Notes: generated from the letters alone by a model not told the origin. Shown: positions 1-10,283, numbered from the stretch's first letter. The stretch: 64,000 nucleotides of DNA from Pedosphaera sp. (GCA_031414955.1 JANOQV010000105.1:9090-73089); one strand, 5' to 3'. Translations and numbers: made by a program.

Positions 1-70
1 GGGCAGGATCTTGTTCCTCCATCATGCGTGCGTGATTGCCAACGCCCGTTCGCTCACTCAGTCTCCGTGC

Positions 71-1000
71 ATGAACTTGCTTTCGAACAACAACGCAGCG
101 TGGCTCCTGGCTGTGCTCATCGCCAGCTTCGTTGAAATTCCTATCAGTCATGCAGCGGAGCAACCAGCATCTCCGGCCATTCCGCTCGAACTCGACACCA
201 AGAGTTCCGAACTCATCAAGATCGTCATCCTGGCGGGTGAGCCGAGCGGCAAGCCGGGGCAGCACGAATACTTTGCCGACTGTGCGCTGATATACGATTG
301 GCTCAAGCAGACGCCCGGCGTGTGGCCGGTGCTGGCGCGGACGTGGCCGACCAACGAGGCCATCTTCGACGGCGCGAAATGCATCGTCGCGCTCATGGAT
401 GGCGGCGCGAAGCATCCGCTCATCGAGGAGGCGCGACAGAAGAAACTCGGCGAACTGGCGGAAAAGGGCATCGGCTTCGCGGCGTTTCATCAAGCGGTCG
501 ATATTCCCCAGGAGCACGCGGAGGGTGCCCAGGCCGCCATCGGCGGCGTGTGGCAGGCGGACATCGGCTGTCGCGGGCATTGGGACATGGACTTGAAGCC
601 GAAGGGCGCGCATCCGGTGCTGCGCGGCGTGAAGCCGTTCACGGCGAAGGGCGACGGCTGGCTCTACAATTTGCATTTCGCGAACGACACCGGATTCACG
701 CCGCTGCTGGTCGGCGCGGTTCCTGACAAGTCGCGCACCACCGCTGATGCGAAGGAACACATCGGTCGCGACGAAGTCATCGGCTGGGCGTACGAGCGGG
801 AGGGCGGTGGGCGGGCGTTTTGTTTCACCGGCATTGACCTGCACAAGAATTGGGAACTCGAAAGCCAGCGCCGCTTCGTCGTGAATGGAATTCTGTGGAG
901 CGCCGGAGTGGAGGTGCCGCGGGCCGGAGCACGGGTGGAGATGAAGCCTGGGGATCTGGAGAAACATGTGCGCCCGGCGGCCCCTGCAAAATCCAAGTAG
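71..1000 (+). CDS. Secreted ThuA-like domain protein
   Basis: ORF 11..1000. The internal Met at 71 (MNLLSNNNAAWLLAVLIASFV..HAAE) gives a signal peptide. The body (KIVILAGEPSGKPGQHEY, GFAAFHQA, VIGWAYE) resembles ThuA-domain proteins; recognised by eye only. Confidence 0.55.
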   Translation: MNLLSNNNAAWLLAVLIASFVEIPISHAAEQPASPAIPLELDTKSSELIKIVILAGEPSGKPGQHEYFADCALIYDWLKQTPGVWPVLARTWPTNEAIFDGAKCIVALMDGGAKHPLIEEARQKKLGELAEKGIGFAAFHQAVDIPQEHAEGAQAAIGGVWQADIGCRGHWDMDLKPKGAHPVLRGVKPFTAKGDGWLYNLHFANDTGFTPLLVGAVPDKSRTTADAKEHIGRDEVIGWAYEREGGGRAFCFTGIDLHKNWELESQRRFVVNGILWSAGVEVPRAGARVEMKPGDLEKHVRPAAPAKSK

Positions 1001-1207
1001 CGCGCAGCGTCCGGTTCTCCAGCCCTCGGAAGCTGGGACTGAATCCAGAAAGCTGGAAGTCCAGACGGCCGGGCGACGGCTGGGGCCGCCCTCTGGGCGC
1101 GTTCTTAAAAGTCGTCCGGCAGTCGGTTCGGCCCGCCGAAAAAACCCAAACTCCTGCTTGCCAAAAGATCGCTCCTCCGTAGTCTGGGCCGCTCTTATCT
1201 GGAAACT

Positions 1208-1546
1208 ATGACCGTAAATTGTCTATTTGCATTGCTGGCTCAAGCGACGACGCCCGATCCCAAGGGGGAAATGGTTAAACTGGTGGGCATGGTCGTCATC
1301 ATGGGATTCATGATGTACTTCATCATCATCCGCCCGCAACGTAGCCGCCAGAAGCAGCTCAATACCTTGATGGGGAACCTCAAGGCGGGCGATAAAATCC
1401 TCACCTCGAGCGGCATCGTCGGCGTGGTCATCAGCGTGAAGGACAAGACCGTTTCCCTCCGCTCCGCCGACTCCAAGCTCGAAGTGCTGAAGTCCACCAT
1501 TTCTGAAATCACCGAGAAAGCCGGCGTCGATGCCGCGCAAGCGTAG
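1208..1546 (+). CDS. yajC: Preprotein translocase subunit YajC
   Basis: 112 aa. Single TM followed by IIRPQRSRQKQ and LKAGDKILTSSGIVGVV, the typical YajC signature. Sits immediately upstream of secDF. Confidence 0.85.
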   Translation: MTVNCLFALLAQATTPDPKGEMVKLVGMVVIMGFMMYFIIIRPQRSRQKQLNTLMGNLKAGDKILTSSGIVGVVISVKDKTVSLRSADSKLEVLKSTISEITEKAGVDAAQA

Positions 1547-1564
1547 CCCTAGCCCCATCCTCCC

Positions 1565-4069
1565 ATGAATCGCAGTCACCTTTGGAAGCTCCTTATCATC
1601 GTCCTCGTCGTCGCCTGGAGCGCGTCGGAAATGATGCCGCCGAAAAGCCGGCCGCTGATTGATGCTTTCCGGGAAAATGTCGGCAAGCGCGACGGCGCTT
1701 ACAGCAACATCCTCGAAAGCTTTGCGGTGTTGCAAAAGCAGAACCCCCAGGCCGAATACAACAACCTCAAAAACGCCATCGGGACCAACGACATCTCCCG
1801 CCACTTCGAGACCGACACCAAAGGCTCAAAGGATCCGACCCAGACCATCCTGAACGACTTGCAGCGCAAGGCCGCCGGCAAGATCAAGCTCGGCCTCGAC
1901 TTGCAGGGCGGCGTGTCCTTCCTCGTGCGCTTGGAGACGGGCAAGCTGGCCACGAACGTCAGTCAGCAGGCGGCGGTCGATAACGCCGTGGAAGTGCTGC
2001 GCAAGCGCGTGGATCGGTTCGGCGTGGCCGAACCGCTCATCCAGCCCCAGAGCGACAACCGCATCCTCATTCAGATGCCCGGCCTGGGTGAAGACGTGAT
2101 GAACAGCGTGCGCACCGCCATCCAGAAGGCGGCCTTCCTCGAGTTCCGCATGGTTCACGAAGAAAGCCCGGCCTTGCTCCGCGACGGCATCACGCCGCCC
2201 GGTTACGAAGTCTTGAAAGAAGTCCGCACCAACCCCGATGGCACCAAGGGTGTGACGGCATTCATCGTAAGCAAACAGCGGGTGGCCGGCCTGACCGGCA
2301 AGAACGTGAAGAACGCCTTCTTCACGCGTGGCAATTTGAACGACCCGCGCATCGCCTTCCGTTTCGACTCCGAGGGTGCCGCCGCCTTTGCCAAGCTCAC
2401 CACGGAGAACATCGGCAAGCAAATGGCCATCGTCCTCGACGGCGAACTTTACTCCGCGCCGTTTATCCGTTCGCCCATCACCGAAGGCTCGGGCGAAATC
2501 TCCGGCGGCAGCATGACCGAGAAGGAAGCTTCCGACATCGCGGCCATCATGCAGAACCCGCTCGAAGCTCCGGTGAGCATCGAGACGGAGACGAAGGTCG
2601 ATCCCTCGCTGGGCGCCGCCACCATCAACAGCGGCATTCAATCGGCCATCTGGGGCGTGGTCGCCGTGGCCGCGTTCATGGCGGTTTACTATCTGTTTGC
2701 CGGCATGGTGGCCAACTTCGCGCTCGTCCTCAACCTGATCATCCTGCTGGGCGTGATGTGCGGCAAGGGTCTCACCCTCACTCTGCCTGGTATCGCTGGC
2801 ATCGTGCTGACCGCGGGCATGGCGGTCGATGCCAACGTGCTTATCTTCGAGCGCATTCGGGAGGAAATGGCCAAGGGCAAGTCCTTGCGCGGCGCGCTGG
2901 CCGCCGGTTACAGCCGGGCCTTCGGCACCATCTTCGACTCGCACGTCACCACGCTCATCTCGTCGATCATTTTGATCTTCATGGGCACGGGCACCATTCA
3001 AGGCTTCGGCTGGGCGCTGACCATCGGCGTCGCGGCCAGTTTGTTCACTTCCCTGGTGGTCACACGCCTGGTGTTCGATGCGATGATCTCGTTCAACCTG
3101 ATCAAGACCATGCCGATGCTGCACATCATCCGCGTACCGAACATCGACTTCATGAAGCTGGCCAAGCCCGCCTTTATCATCTCCTGGACCTTGATCCTCG
3201 TCGGCGTGAGCTACGGCTTCTCCCGCGGCAAGAGCATGGTCGGCTTTGAATTCCTCGGCGGTGACAACCTGAACATCGAGTTCAAGCAGAAGGTGGAGCA
3301 GGACAAACTTTCCCAGGCCATCAAGCAGTTGAACGTGGGCGAGGCGCTGATTCAGTACCAGCGCGAAGTGCTCGGCACCACCGAGAAACTGCGCATCACG
3401 GCCAACTTCGACAGCGCCGACAAAATCATGGCCGCCCTGACCAGCACCTTCCCCGAGGCGGGCTTCGTCTTGAAAGGCTCCGAGCGTGTCGGTCCGACCG
3501 TGGGCGAGGAGATTCTCCGCACCGCTGTGGTCGCCTTGCTCGTGTCGCTGCTCGGCATCCTGATCTACGTCGCCTTCCGCTACGAGTTCTCGTTCGCCGT
3601 CGCCGCCATCGTGGCCATTCTGCACGACATCTTGATGACCTTCGGCTGGTACTCCCTGACCGGACTGATGGGCCACGGGCGTGAGATCAATTCCACCATG
3701 ATCGCGGCCATTCTCACCATCATCGGCTTCTCCATCAACGACACCATCGTCATCTTTGACCGCATCCGCGAAGACCTGAAACTGGGCGTGCGCGGGACGT
3801 TTCGCGAACTGATCAACAAGGCGCTCAACCAGACCCTGAGCCGCACGCTCATCACCTCCGGCACGGTGTTCCTCGCCACCATGTCGCTCTACCTGTTTGG
3901 CGGCGGCGCGATCAACGACTTCGCCTTCACCTTCCTGATCGGCATCATCACCGGCACCTATTCGTCCATCTACATCGCCAGCGCCATCGTGCTCTGGTGG
4001 CACAAGGGACAGCGTCCCCAGACCAGCGTGCAGGTCACGATGGAAGGCGCGGCTGCGGTCAAGGTCTGA
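1565..4069 (+). CDS. secDF: Protein translocase subunit SecDF (fused SecD-SecF)
   Basis: 834 aa. Periplasmic SecD head (LGLDLQGG, RVDRFGVAEP) followed by two 6-TM modules (DANVLIFERIREE and NDTIVIFDRIRED). Confidence 0.9.
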   Translation: MNRSHLWKLLIIVLVVAWSASEMMPPKSRPLIDAFRENVGKRDGAYSNILESFAVLQKQNPQAEYNNLKNAIGTNDISRHFETDTKGSKDPTQTILNDLQRKAAGKIKLGLDLQGGVSFLVRLETGKLATNVSQQAAVDNAVEVLRKRVDRFGVAEPLIQPQSDNRILIQMPGLGEDVMNSVRTAIQKAAFLEFRMVHEESPALLRDGITPPGYEVLKEVRTNPDGTKGVTAFIVSKQRVAGLTGKNVKNAFFTRGNLNDPRIAFRFDSEGAAAFAKLTTENIGKQMAIVLDGELYSAPFIRSPITEGSGEISGGSMTEKEASDIAAIMQNPLEAPVSIETETKVDPSLGAATINSGIQSAIWGVVAVAAFMAVYYLFAGMVANFALVLNLIILLGVMCGKGLTLTLPGIAGIVLTAGMAVDANVLIFERIREEMAKGKSLRGALAAGYSRAFGTIFDSHVTTLISSIILIFMGTGTIQGFGWALTIGVAASLFTSLVVTRLVFDAMISFNLIKTMPMLHIIRVPNIDFMKLAKPAFIISWTLILVGVSYGFSRGKSMVGFEFLGGDNLNIEFKQKVEQDKLSQAIKQLNVGEALIQYQREVLGTTEKLRITANFDSADKIMAALTSTFPEAGFVLKGSERVGPTVGEEILRTAVVALLVSLLGILIYVAFRYEFSFAVAAIVAILHDILMTFGWYSLTGLMGHGREINSTMIAAILTIIGFSINDTIVIFDRIREDLKLGVRGTFRELINKALNQTLSRTLITSGTVFLATMSLYLFGGGAINDFAFTFLIGIITGTYSSIYIASAIVLWWHKGQRPQTSVQVTMEGAAAVKV

Positions 4070-4088
4070 GCAAAGCAGAAATTTCACG

Positions 4089-4125
4089 ACGCCCGGTGCC
4101 AGCGATGGCCCGGGCGTTTTGCTTT
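4089..4125 (+). terminator. Rho-independent terminator after secDF
   Basis: Stem ACGCCCGG (4089..4096) pairs with CCGGGCGT (4110..4117), followed by TTTTGCTTT. Confidence 0.55.
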
Positions 4126-4174
4126 AAGGACGACCCGCGCGCCGCTTTCCACCGCCACTGAAGTGCGACGTAGC

Positions 4175-4216
4175 GCCGGCTTTCCAGCCGGCAGGTGACG
4201 AGACTTTCCAGTCTCG
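4175..4216. repeat. Two tandem hairpins with identical TTTCCA loops
   Basis: GCCGGC-TTTCCA-GCCGGC (4175..4192) and CGAGAC-TTTCCA-GTCTCG (4199..4216). Confidence 0.5.
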
Positions 4217-4304
4217 TTTTGGTGATGCTGGCAAAAGGCGCCCCTTCGAACCTCCGGCCGCATTTTCTCTTTGCGCCCCGCGAGCCGTCGGTAAAACTGC
4301 GCCG

Positions 4305-5225
4305 GTGAACGTGACCGTCACCCAACTTACCGACCAAATGCTTGCCTCCTACGCTCGCGTGGGAGGCATCAACCACCTCGACGGCAAAAATCTCCCCAGC
4401 AAAAGCGCGATCTGCTCCATCACGGTGGACTTGCTCCGGCTGCTCTTTCCCGGCTTCTTCCACGATCAGATCATTCACTCCTCGGAATTAAAGGTGGAGA
4501 CCACCGCGCTGATTGATTCCGTACTCGGTCGGTTGGAGGATGAAACTTACAAAAGTCTCGAGTATCGCACGCCAGCCGGGCTGCAAAAGAAAGACCTGCG
4601 TCCGCTGGCGCATGGCACGGTGCTCGAATTTCTTTCCAACCTGCCGCGCTTGCGCGAACTCCTCCAAACCGACGCCGAAGCCGCCTTCAACGGCGACCCA
4701 GCGGCCTTGAGCAAGGAGGAGATCATCGTCGCGTATCCGTCCATGGAGGCGGTCGCCGTGCATCGACTGGCCCACGAGCTTTACCGGCGCGATGTGCCGC
4801 TCATCCCCCGCATCATGGCCGAGTGGGCGCACAGCCGCACGGGCATGGACTTGCATCCGGGCGCGACCATCGGCTCGCACTTTTTCGTCGATCATTGCAC
4901 CGGCACGGTCATCGGCGAGACCGCCACCATCGGAAATCATGTCAAGATGTATCAGGGCGTGGGCCTGGTGGCACGCTCGCTGGCCAAAGGGCAGGCGTTG
5001 CGTGGACAGAAGCGCCACCCGACCATCGAGGATCGGGTCACGATTTACGCGGGCGCGACCATCATGGGCGGCGACACGGTCGTCGGAGCGGGCAGCACCA
5101 TCGGCGCGAACGTGTTTCTCAACCAGAGCGTCCCGCCCAACTCACTGGTTGTGCCCGACGAGATGAAGATGAAAATCCTGAGCCGGAAAGAGCGCGAGGG
5201 CGCGCCGGTGAACTTTGATATTTGA
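4305..5225 (+). CDS. cysE: Serine O-acetyltransferase (long form)
   Basis: 306 aa, GTG start. Left-handed beta-helix hexapeptide repeats (DLHPGATIGSHFFVDHCTGTVIGETATIGNHVKMYQGVGL, TIEDRVTIYAGATIMGGDTVVGAGSTIGANVF). Confidence 0.8.
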   Translation: MNVTVTQLTDQMLASYARVGGINHLDGKNLPSKSAICSITVDLLRLLFPGFFHDQIIHSSELKVETTALIDSVLGRLEDETYKSLEYRTPAGLQKKDLRPLAHGTVLEFLSNLPRLRELLQTDAEAAFNGDPAALSKEEIIVAYPSMEAVAVHRLAHELYRRDVPLIPRIMAEWAHSRTGMDLHPGATIGSHFFVDHCTGTVIGETATIGNHVKMYQGVGLVARSLAKGQALRGQKRHPTIEDRVTIYAGATIMGGDTVVGAGSTIGANVFLNQSVPPNSLVVPDEMKMKILSRKEREGAPVNFDI

Positions 5226-5258
5226 GATCCGGCCTCGACTGCCCCTGCCCCGCCGGGC

Positions 5259-6158
5259 TTAAAACTTGGTCAGCTTCCCCAACTCCTTCACGCGCTGCTC
5301 AATGTGGCCGCGCTGAATAGTTGTGGTCTTCTTCAGCCCGAAACCTTCGCAGCAGAAGCTGGCCGTGACACTCCCGTAGATCATCGCGCGCCGTATGTTC
5401 GAGTCGATGCCGCCGCGCGCGGTGGCGAGGAAGCCCATCATCCCGCCCACGAAGCTGTCGCCCGCCCCCGTCGGATCCTTGACCGTGTGCAGCGGATACG
5501 CCGGACAGATGAAGTAGCCGGCCGGCCCGGAAAGGATCGACCCATGCGACCCTTTTTTAATGATCACGTACTTCGGCCCCATCTTGTGAATCTTGCGCAA
5601 GGCCGCGAAGACGTTGTCGCACTCCGTCAACTGATGCGCCTCGCTGTCATTCAACACGAAACCATCCACGCGCTTGATCAGGCTCACCACATCGCCCTTG
5701 GCGATGTTCAGCCAGAGATCCATCGTGTCGGCGACGACGAACTTGGGCTTCTTCATCTGGTCGAGAACGTGGTGCTGCAAGGCCGGCGCGATGTTGGCCA
5801 GCAGCACGAAGCTTGATTCTTTGTAGGCCTCCGGCAAGTGCGGCGTAAATTTCTCGAACACGCCCAACTCGGTCAGCAGCGTGCGCCGGTTGTTCATATT
5901 CACCTCATACTCGCCGCTCCAATGGAAGGTCTTCCCTTCCTGAATTTGCAACCCCTCTAGGTCGATCTGGTGGCTCTGGTAGAGGGAAATATATCGGTTC
6001 GGAAAATCCTTACCCACCACGCCGACCAGCCGCACCGGCGAGAAAAAGCTGGCCGCGACGGCGGCATGGCTGGCCGAACCTCCGAGCAGGCGCGGATGCT
6101 CCGCAGCGGGAGTCTTGATCGAATCGAGGGCCGTGGAACCGACAATAAGGACGCTCAT
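5259..6158 (-). CDS. PfkB-family carbohydrate/nucleoside kinase
   Basis: ORF 5259..6236. A start at 6158 (MSVLIVGSTALD) fits the family N-terminus. C-terminal DPTGAGDSFVGG is the PfkB signature. Confidence 0.8.
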   Translation of the reverse strand: MSVLIVGSTALDSIKTPAAEHPRLLGGSASHAAVAASFFSPVRLVGVVGKDFPNRYISLYQSHQIDLEGLQIQEGKTFHWSGEYEVNMNNRRTLLTELGVFEKFTPHLPEAYKESSFVLLANIAPALQHHVLDQMKKPKFVVADTMDLWLNIAKGDVVSLIKRVDGFVLNDSEAHQLTECDNVFAALRKIHKMGPKYVIIKKGSHGSILSGPAGYFICPAYPLHTVKDPTGAGDSFVGGMMGFLATARGGIDSNIRRAMIYGSVTASFCCEGFGLKKTTTIQRGHIEQRVKELGKLTKF

Positions 6159-6546
6159 GTGCTGTGTTGGTGTTCTTGTTTGAATGTTATGAAACGAAAC
6201 GGCGCGCAAGCTAGGCGCTGCCCCGCGCGAGCGCAAGCCTGCCCATCACTTCGGATGGAATCGAGGTTGGCGGACCGCCGCCCAGCGGTTCAAACCTTGC
6301 CCCTGACCGAGTTCTCGTGGAGAGGAACGGCCTTCGCGCGGCGGGCGGGTGTTTCCCATCGCCCCGCCCTCTCACTCCGGAAGCTGACAGGAGTGAGACG
6401 GCACACCACGCTCTGGCCCGCGATGCGATTGCGGCCACGCGGTCAGACCGGCACTCCATCCACGCCGTGACCGCTACTTTCAATCGCAACCGAGGCCAAG
6501 TGCGCCATTGAGTTCAGCTTTTGGAACCGCTTAAGGTTTTTTCCTT

Positions 6547-6882
6547 ATGAGCAAACCAGCCTGCCCGATGTGCGAGATGACCGAAGTCTTGGATCATCCT
6601 CAACGCTGGGAATGTGTCACCTGCGGTCACGAGTGGGAACGCTCGCCGGAACCGGATGCACCCGCCGGGCCGCGCGTGGTCAAAGATGCCCATGGAAACG
6701 TGCTCGTGGAGGGCGATTGCGTCATCCTGATCAAAGACCTGCCGTTGAAAGGCTCTTCGCAAGCCCTTAAAGGTGGAACGAAGTCCAAACCCATCCGCCT
6801 GGTGGATGGCGATCACGAAATCTCCTGCAAGATGGACGGAATCGCCATCGGCCTCAAAGCCTGCTTCGTGAAGAAGGCGTAA
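6547..6882 (+). CDS. phnA: PhnA/YjdM zinc-ribbon protein
   Basis: 111 aa. N-terminal CPMC..CVTCGHEW zinc ribbon plus a C-terminal VKDAHGNVL..GD.V..IKDL..KG domain, typical of PhnA/YjdM. Confidence 0.8.
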   Translation: MSKPACPMCEMTEVLDHPQRWECVTCGHEWERSPEPDAPAGPRVVKDAHGNVLVEGDCVILIKDLPLKGSSQALKGGTKSKPIRLVDGDHEISCKMDGIAIGLKACFVKKA

Positions 6883-7109
6883 AGCCGGAACAATCCTCGC
6901 GCCGCCAGTCACTGCATGTGGCCTTGACCGGGCGCGACGAGGCGACGTCGGGCGTGGGCCGAAGCATGGAAGGTAGCAGTAGTTTTGCAGTAAAAAGCTT
7001 CTTAGCGTGGGTGGCGGGGCAAATCGCGGCCAGGCCGACGCAACCCACAATGCTTCCCGCTCGGTGCCGATGGTTGACGACCCGTTCCGAGTTCGCGACG
7101 CTCGCGCCC

Positions 7110-8930
7110 ATGAATTTCCTGACCTTTCTTCGCCGCGCCACCCCGTTGCTGCTTGCCGCGCTGGGCCTGCTCGAACGCAGCACCCGGGCCGCCGGGCCGT
7201 CCGAGATGCAGGACTCCATCCGCCATTACGTGGCGGACCAGTCCACGGTGGCGCGCGCGTATGACATGGCCTGGTCGCGCGCGCGCTTCGAGCGGTTGGA
7301 GAAGCTCTATCAGGACTGGCAGCAGCGCCTGCCGTCATTGGACTTCAAGGAACTGAATCAGCAGGGCCGCCTTGATTACATCCTGCTGCGCAATGAAATC
7401 GGGTCCGAACTGGATCGACTCTCGTTGCAACGGCAACGGTTGGACGAGATGGAGGAGTTGTTGTCCTTCCGCGGATCAATCCAGGATTTGGAAACAGCGC
7501 GCGCGCAACGCAAGGCCGTGGAGCCGCCAGCCGCCGCCGCGCAATTGAGTCAATTGACGGAAAAAGTGAAGCAGTTGAAAGAGCGGGTGGAGAAGGGGCG
7601 CAAGGCGAAGGATGAAAAGAAATCGGAGCGAACCAATGAGAGCGCCACCGCCGCAGCCCTCAAGGAATCAAAAGACAAGCCGGAGGCGGTGCCATTGAAA
7701 GTTTCGCCCACGATGGCACGCCGCACCGCGAGCGCGGTCAACGAAGTGAAGGGCACGTTGAAGGCTTGGTATTCGTTCTACGACGGCTATCAGCCGGATT
7801 TCTCGTGGTGGCTGAAGAAGCCTTACGACGAGGCGAATACGGCGCTGGAGGGCTACGCGAAGTATCTGAAGGAGGAGGTCGCGGAGTTGAAGGGCAAGGA
7901 TGAAGACCCGCTGCTCGGTGATCCGATCGGCCGCGAATCGCTGCTGCGTGATCTCGCCCATGAGATGATTCCCTACACCCCGGAGGAATTGATCGCCATC
8001 GGAGAGAAGGAATTTGCCTGGTGTGAGGCGGAGATGCGGAAGGCGGCCAAGGAGATGGGCGAGCAGGATTGGAAAAAGGCGCTGGCGAGAGTGAAGTCGG
8101 ATTTTGTTCCGCCGGGCCAGCAGGATGATCTGGTGGCGCAGTTCGCGCGCGAGTCGATCGAGTTTCTCCAGGCGAAAGATCTCGTGACGGTGCCGCCGCT
8201 TTGCGCCGAGGTCTGGCGCATCTCGATGGTCTCGCCGGAAGGTCAGAAGACGCTGCCCTACGCGGCCTACGGCGGTCAGTCAGTGATGGTGGCCTACGCC
8301 AAGGACGAGATGAAGCACGAGGACAAGCTGATGTCGATGCGGGGCAACAACCGTCATTACACGCGCATCGTCACGGCGCACGAGTTGATCCCAGGGCACC
8401 ATTTGCAAAGCTTCGTGGCGGCGCGGAACCGCGAGTATCGCAGTCTTTTTTCGACGCCCTTCCTGACCGAGGGCTGGGCGCTCTACTGGGAGATTCGCTT
8501 GTGGGATTTGAAGTTCGGCCAGACGCCGGAGGATCGCATCGGGATGCTGTTCTGGAGGATGCACCGCAGTGCGCGCATCATCGTGAGCCTGAAGTTTCAT
8601 CTCAGCCAGATGCAGCCGAAAGAGATGGTGGACTTTCTGGTCGAGCGTGTGGGGCACGAGAAGTTCGGCGCGACGAGTGAGGTGCGGCGCTTCATCGAAG
8701 GATCGTATTCTCCGCTCTACCAATGCGGTTACATGATTGGCGGGATGCAGTTGAACGCGCTGCGCAAGGAAATCGTCGGCGCGATGAAGATGACCGACCG
8801 GCAGTTCAACGATACCGTGCTGACTTACAACTCGATGCCTATCGAACTGATCCGCGCTGGAATGCTGAACCTGCCGCTGACCCGCGACACGAAATCAACC
8901 TGGCGTTTCCAGGATGCGCCGTCCCAATAG
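7110..8930 (+). CDS. DUF885-family (metallopeptidase-like) secreted protein
   Basis: ORF 6918..8930. The Met at 7110 gives a signal peptide (MNFLTFLRRATPLLLAALGLL). HELIPGHHLQ and YMIGG motifs are typical of DUF885. Confidence 0.7.
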   Translation: MNFLTFLRRATPLLLAALGLLERSTRAAGPSEMQDSIRHYVADQSTVARAYDMAWSRARFERLEKLYQDWQQRLPSLDFKELNQQGRLDYILLRNEIGSELDRLSLQRQRLDEMEELLSFRGSIQDLETARAQRKAVEPPAAAAQLSQLTEKVKQLKERVEKGRKAKDEKKSERTNESATAAALKESKDKPEAVPLKVSPTMARRTASAVNEVKGTLKAWYSFYDGYQPDFSWWLKKPYDEANTALEGYAKYLKEEVAELKGKDEDPLLGDPIGRESLLRDLAHEMIPYTPEELIAIGEKEFAWCEAEMRKAAKEMGEQDWKKALARVKSDFVPPGQQDDLVAQFARESIEFLQAKDLVTVPPLCAEVWRISMVSPEGQKTLPYAAYGGQSVMVAYAKDEMKHEDKLMSMRGNNRHYTRIVTAHELIPGHHLQSFVAARNREYRSLFSTPFLTEGWALYWEIRLWDLKFGQTPEDRIGMLFWRMHRSARIIVSLKFHLSQMQPKEMVDFLVERVGHEKFGATSEVRRFIEGSYSPLYQCGYMIGGMQLNALRKEIVGAMKMTDRQFNDTVLTYNSMPIELIRAGMLNLPLTRDTKSTWRFQDAPSQ

Positions 8931-8944
8931 CACCGCCTTCGCCT

Positions 8945-10195
8945 ATGAAGAACACCATGCTTTCCCTCGCCGCCCTCGTCGTCCTTACCGCCACGCGGGC
9001 GGGCGGCAACGACTGGCCGCAGTTTCGCGGACCGGGCGGACAAGGCCACGCCGAGGCCAGCCGACTGCCGATGATCTGGAGTCCGAACAAAAATGTGGTT
9101 TGGAAGCGGGAGATTCCCGGCGCGGGCTGGTCGTCGCCAATTCTCCAGAACGGTCGGGTCTATCTCACCACGGCGGTACGTCCGGCCGAGGGCGGTGCGT
9201 TGTCCTTGCGCGCGCTCTGCCTGGAGGTGCCCACGGGAAAGACAATTTGGAGCACGGAGGTTTTCTCCGTCACGAGCGTCGGGGCGCACCAGAAGAACAG
9301 TCACGCCAGCCCCACGCCCGTCACGGATGGCGCGCGGCTTTATGTTCACTTCGGCCAGTACGGAACGGCCGCGCTCGATCTGAACGGCAAGGTGGCGTGG
9401 CGCAACACGGAGCTGAAGTACCCGCCGGTTCACGGCAACGGGGGTTCGCCCATTCTGGTGGAGAACGCGCTCGTGTTCAGTTGCGACGGGCAGAGCAATC
9501 CGTTCATCGCCGCCCTCGACAAGGCGAGTGGCAAGCTGCTCTGGCGGACGCCGCGCAGCACGGAACCGAAGAAGACGTTTTCCTTCAGCACTCCGCTGGC
9601 GATCATGGTGGATGGGAAGCCGCAAGTCATCAGCCCGACCAGCGGCGGCGTCCTCGCCTACGATCCGCGCGACGGGAAGGAAATCTGGCGCGTCCGCTAT
9701 GCGGAAGGCTACTCCGTGGTGCCGCGCCCGGTCTTCGGACATGGGCTGGTTTATGTTTCCAGCGCGTTTGATCGTCCGGTGGTGTATGCGATTCGTCCCG
9801 ACGGGAAGGGCGATGTCACGGACACCCACATCGCCTGGAGCATCAACAAGGGAGCGCCGAACACGCCTTCGCCGCTGTTGGTCGGCGAGGAGATTTATTT
9901 TGTCTCCGACGCGGGCATCATGACCTGCGCGGATGCCCGCACGGGCACCGTGCATTGGCAGGAACGAGTGGGCGGCAACTATTCCGCCTCGCCGGTTTTT
10001 GCCAGCGGCAGGATTTTTGTGCAAAGCGAGGAAGGGGTTGGCACGGTGTTGAAGGCGGGCAAGGTTTTTGAAGTGCTGGCGAAGAATGATTTGCAGGAAC
10101 GCACGCTCGCTTCCTATGCGCTGGATGATGCGGACATCTACATCCGCACGGCGCAGCATCTCTTTCGCATCCAGGAACCGATCCCCACGCCGTAA
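8945..10195 (+). CDS. PQQ-like beta-propeller repeat protein (BamB-like fold), secreted
   Basis: ORF 8723..10195. The Met at 8945 gives a signal peptide, then NDWPQFRGPGGQG. Repeated G.VY...DG.L.A.D..TGK..W blades. Confidence 0.75.
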   Translation: MKNTMLSLAALVVLTATRAGGNDWPQFRGPGGQGHAEASRLPMIWSPNKNVVWKREIPGAGWSSPILQNGRVYLTTAVRPAEGGALSLRALCLEVPTGKTIWSTEVFSVTSVGAHQKNSHASPTPVTDGARLYVHFGQYGTAALDLNGKVAWRNTELKYPPVHGNGGSPILVENALVFSCDGQSNPFIAALDKASGKLLWRTPRSTEPKKTFSFSTPLAIMVDGKPQVISPTSGGVLAYDPRDGKEIWRVRYAEGYSVVPRPVFGHGLVYVSSAFDRPVVYAIRPDGKGDVTDTHIAWSINKGAPNTPSPLLVGEEIYFVSDAGIMTCADARTGTVHWQERVGGNYSASPVFASGRIFVQSEEGVGTVLKAGKVFEVLAKNDLQERTLASYALDDADIYIRTAQHLFRIQEPIPTP

Positions 10196-10230
10196 GGCGG
10201 ACCGGGCGAACCGGTAGAACGACCAGGCAA

Positions 10231-10268
10231 AAAAGAAGGCCGGCCACTTGCGTGGCCGGCCCTTTGAT
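10231..10268. terminator. Bidirectional hairpin terminator between convergent genes
   Basis: GGCCGGCCAC (10237..10246), TTGC loop, GTGGCCGGCC (10251..10260). Flanked by an A-run on the plus strand, which is a T-run for the minus-strand gene. Confidence 0.55.
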
Positions 10269-10283
10269 TCGAGGCGGTAAGGA

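Noticed and set aside
1826-4087. 753-aa ORF antisense to secDF
   Set aside because: It has a low-complexity Arg/Gly/Asp/His/Ala-rich composition and no motifs. The plus strand encodes an unmistakable SecDF. This is the typical shadow ORF of a GC-rich gene.
6370-6398. Hairpin containing CCGGAAGC, briefly considered as SRP RNA helix 8
   Set aside because: The loop is 11 nt, not a GGAA tetraloop. The conserved AGGUCCGGAAGGAAGCAGC context is absent.
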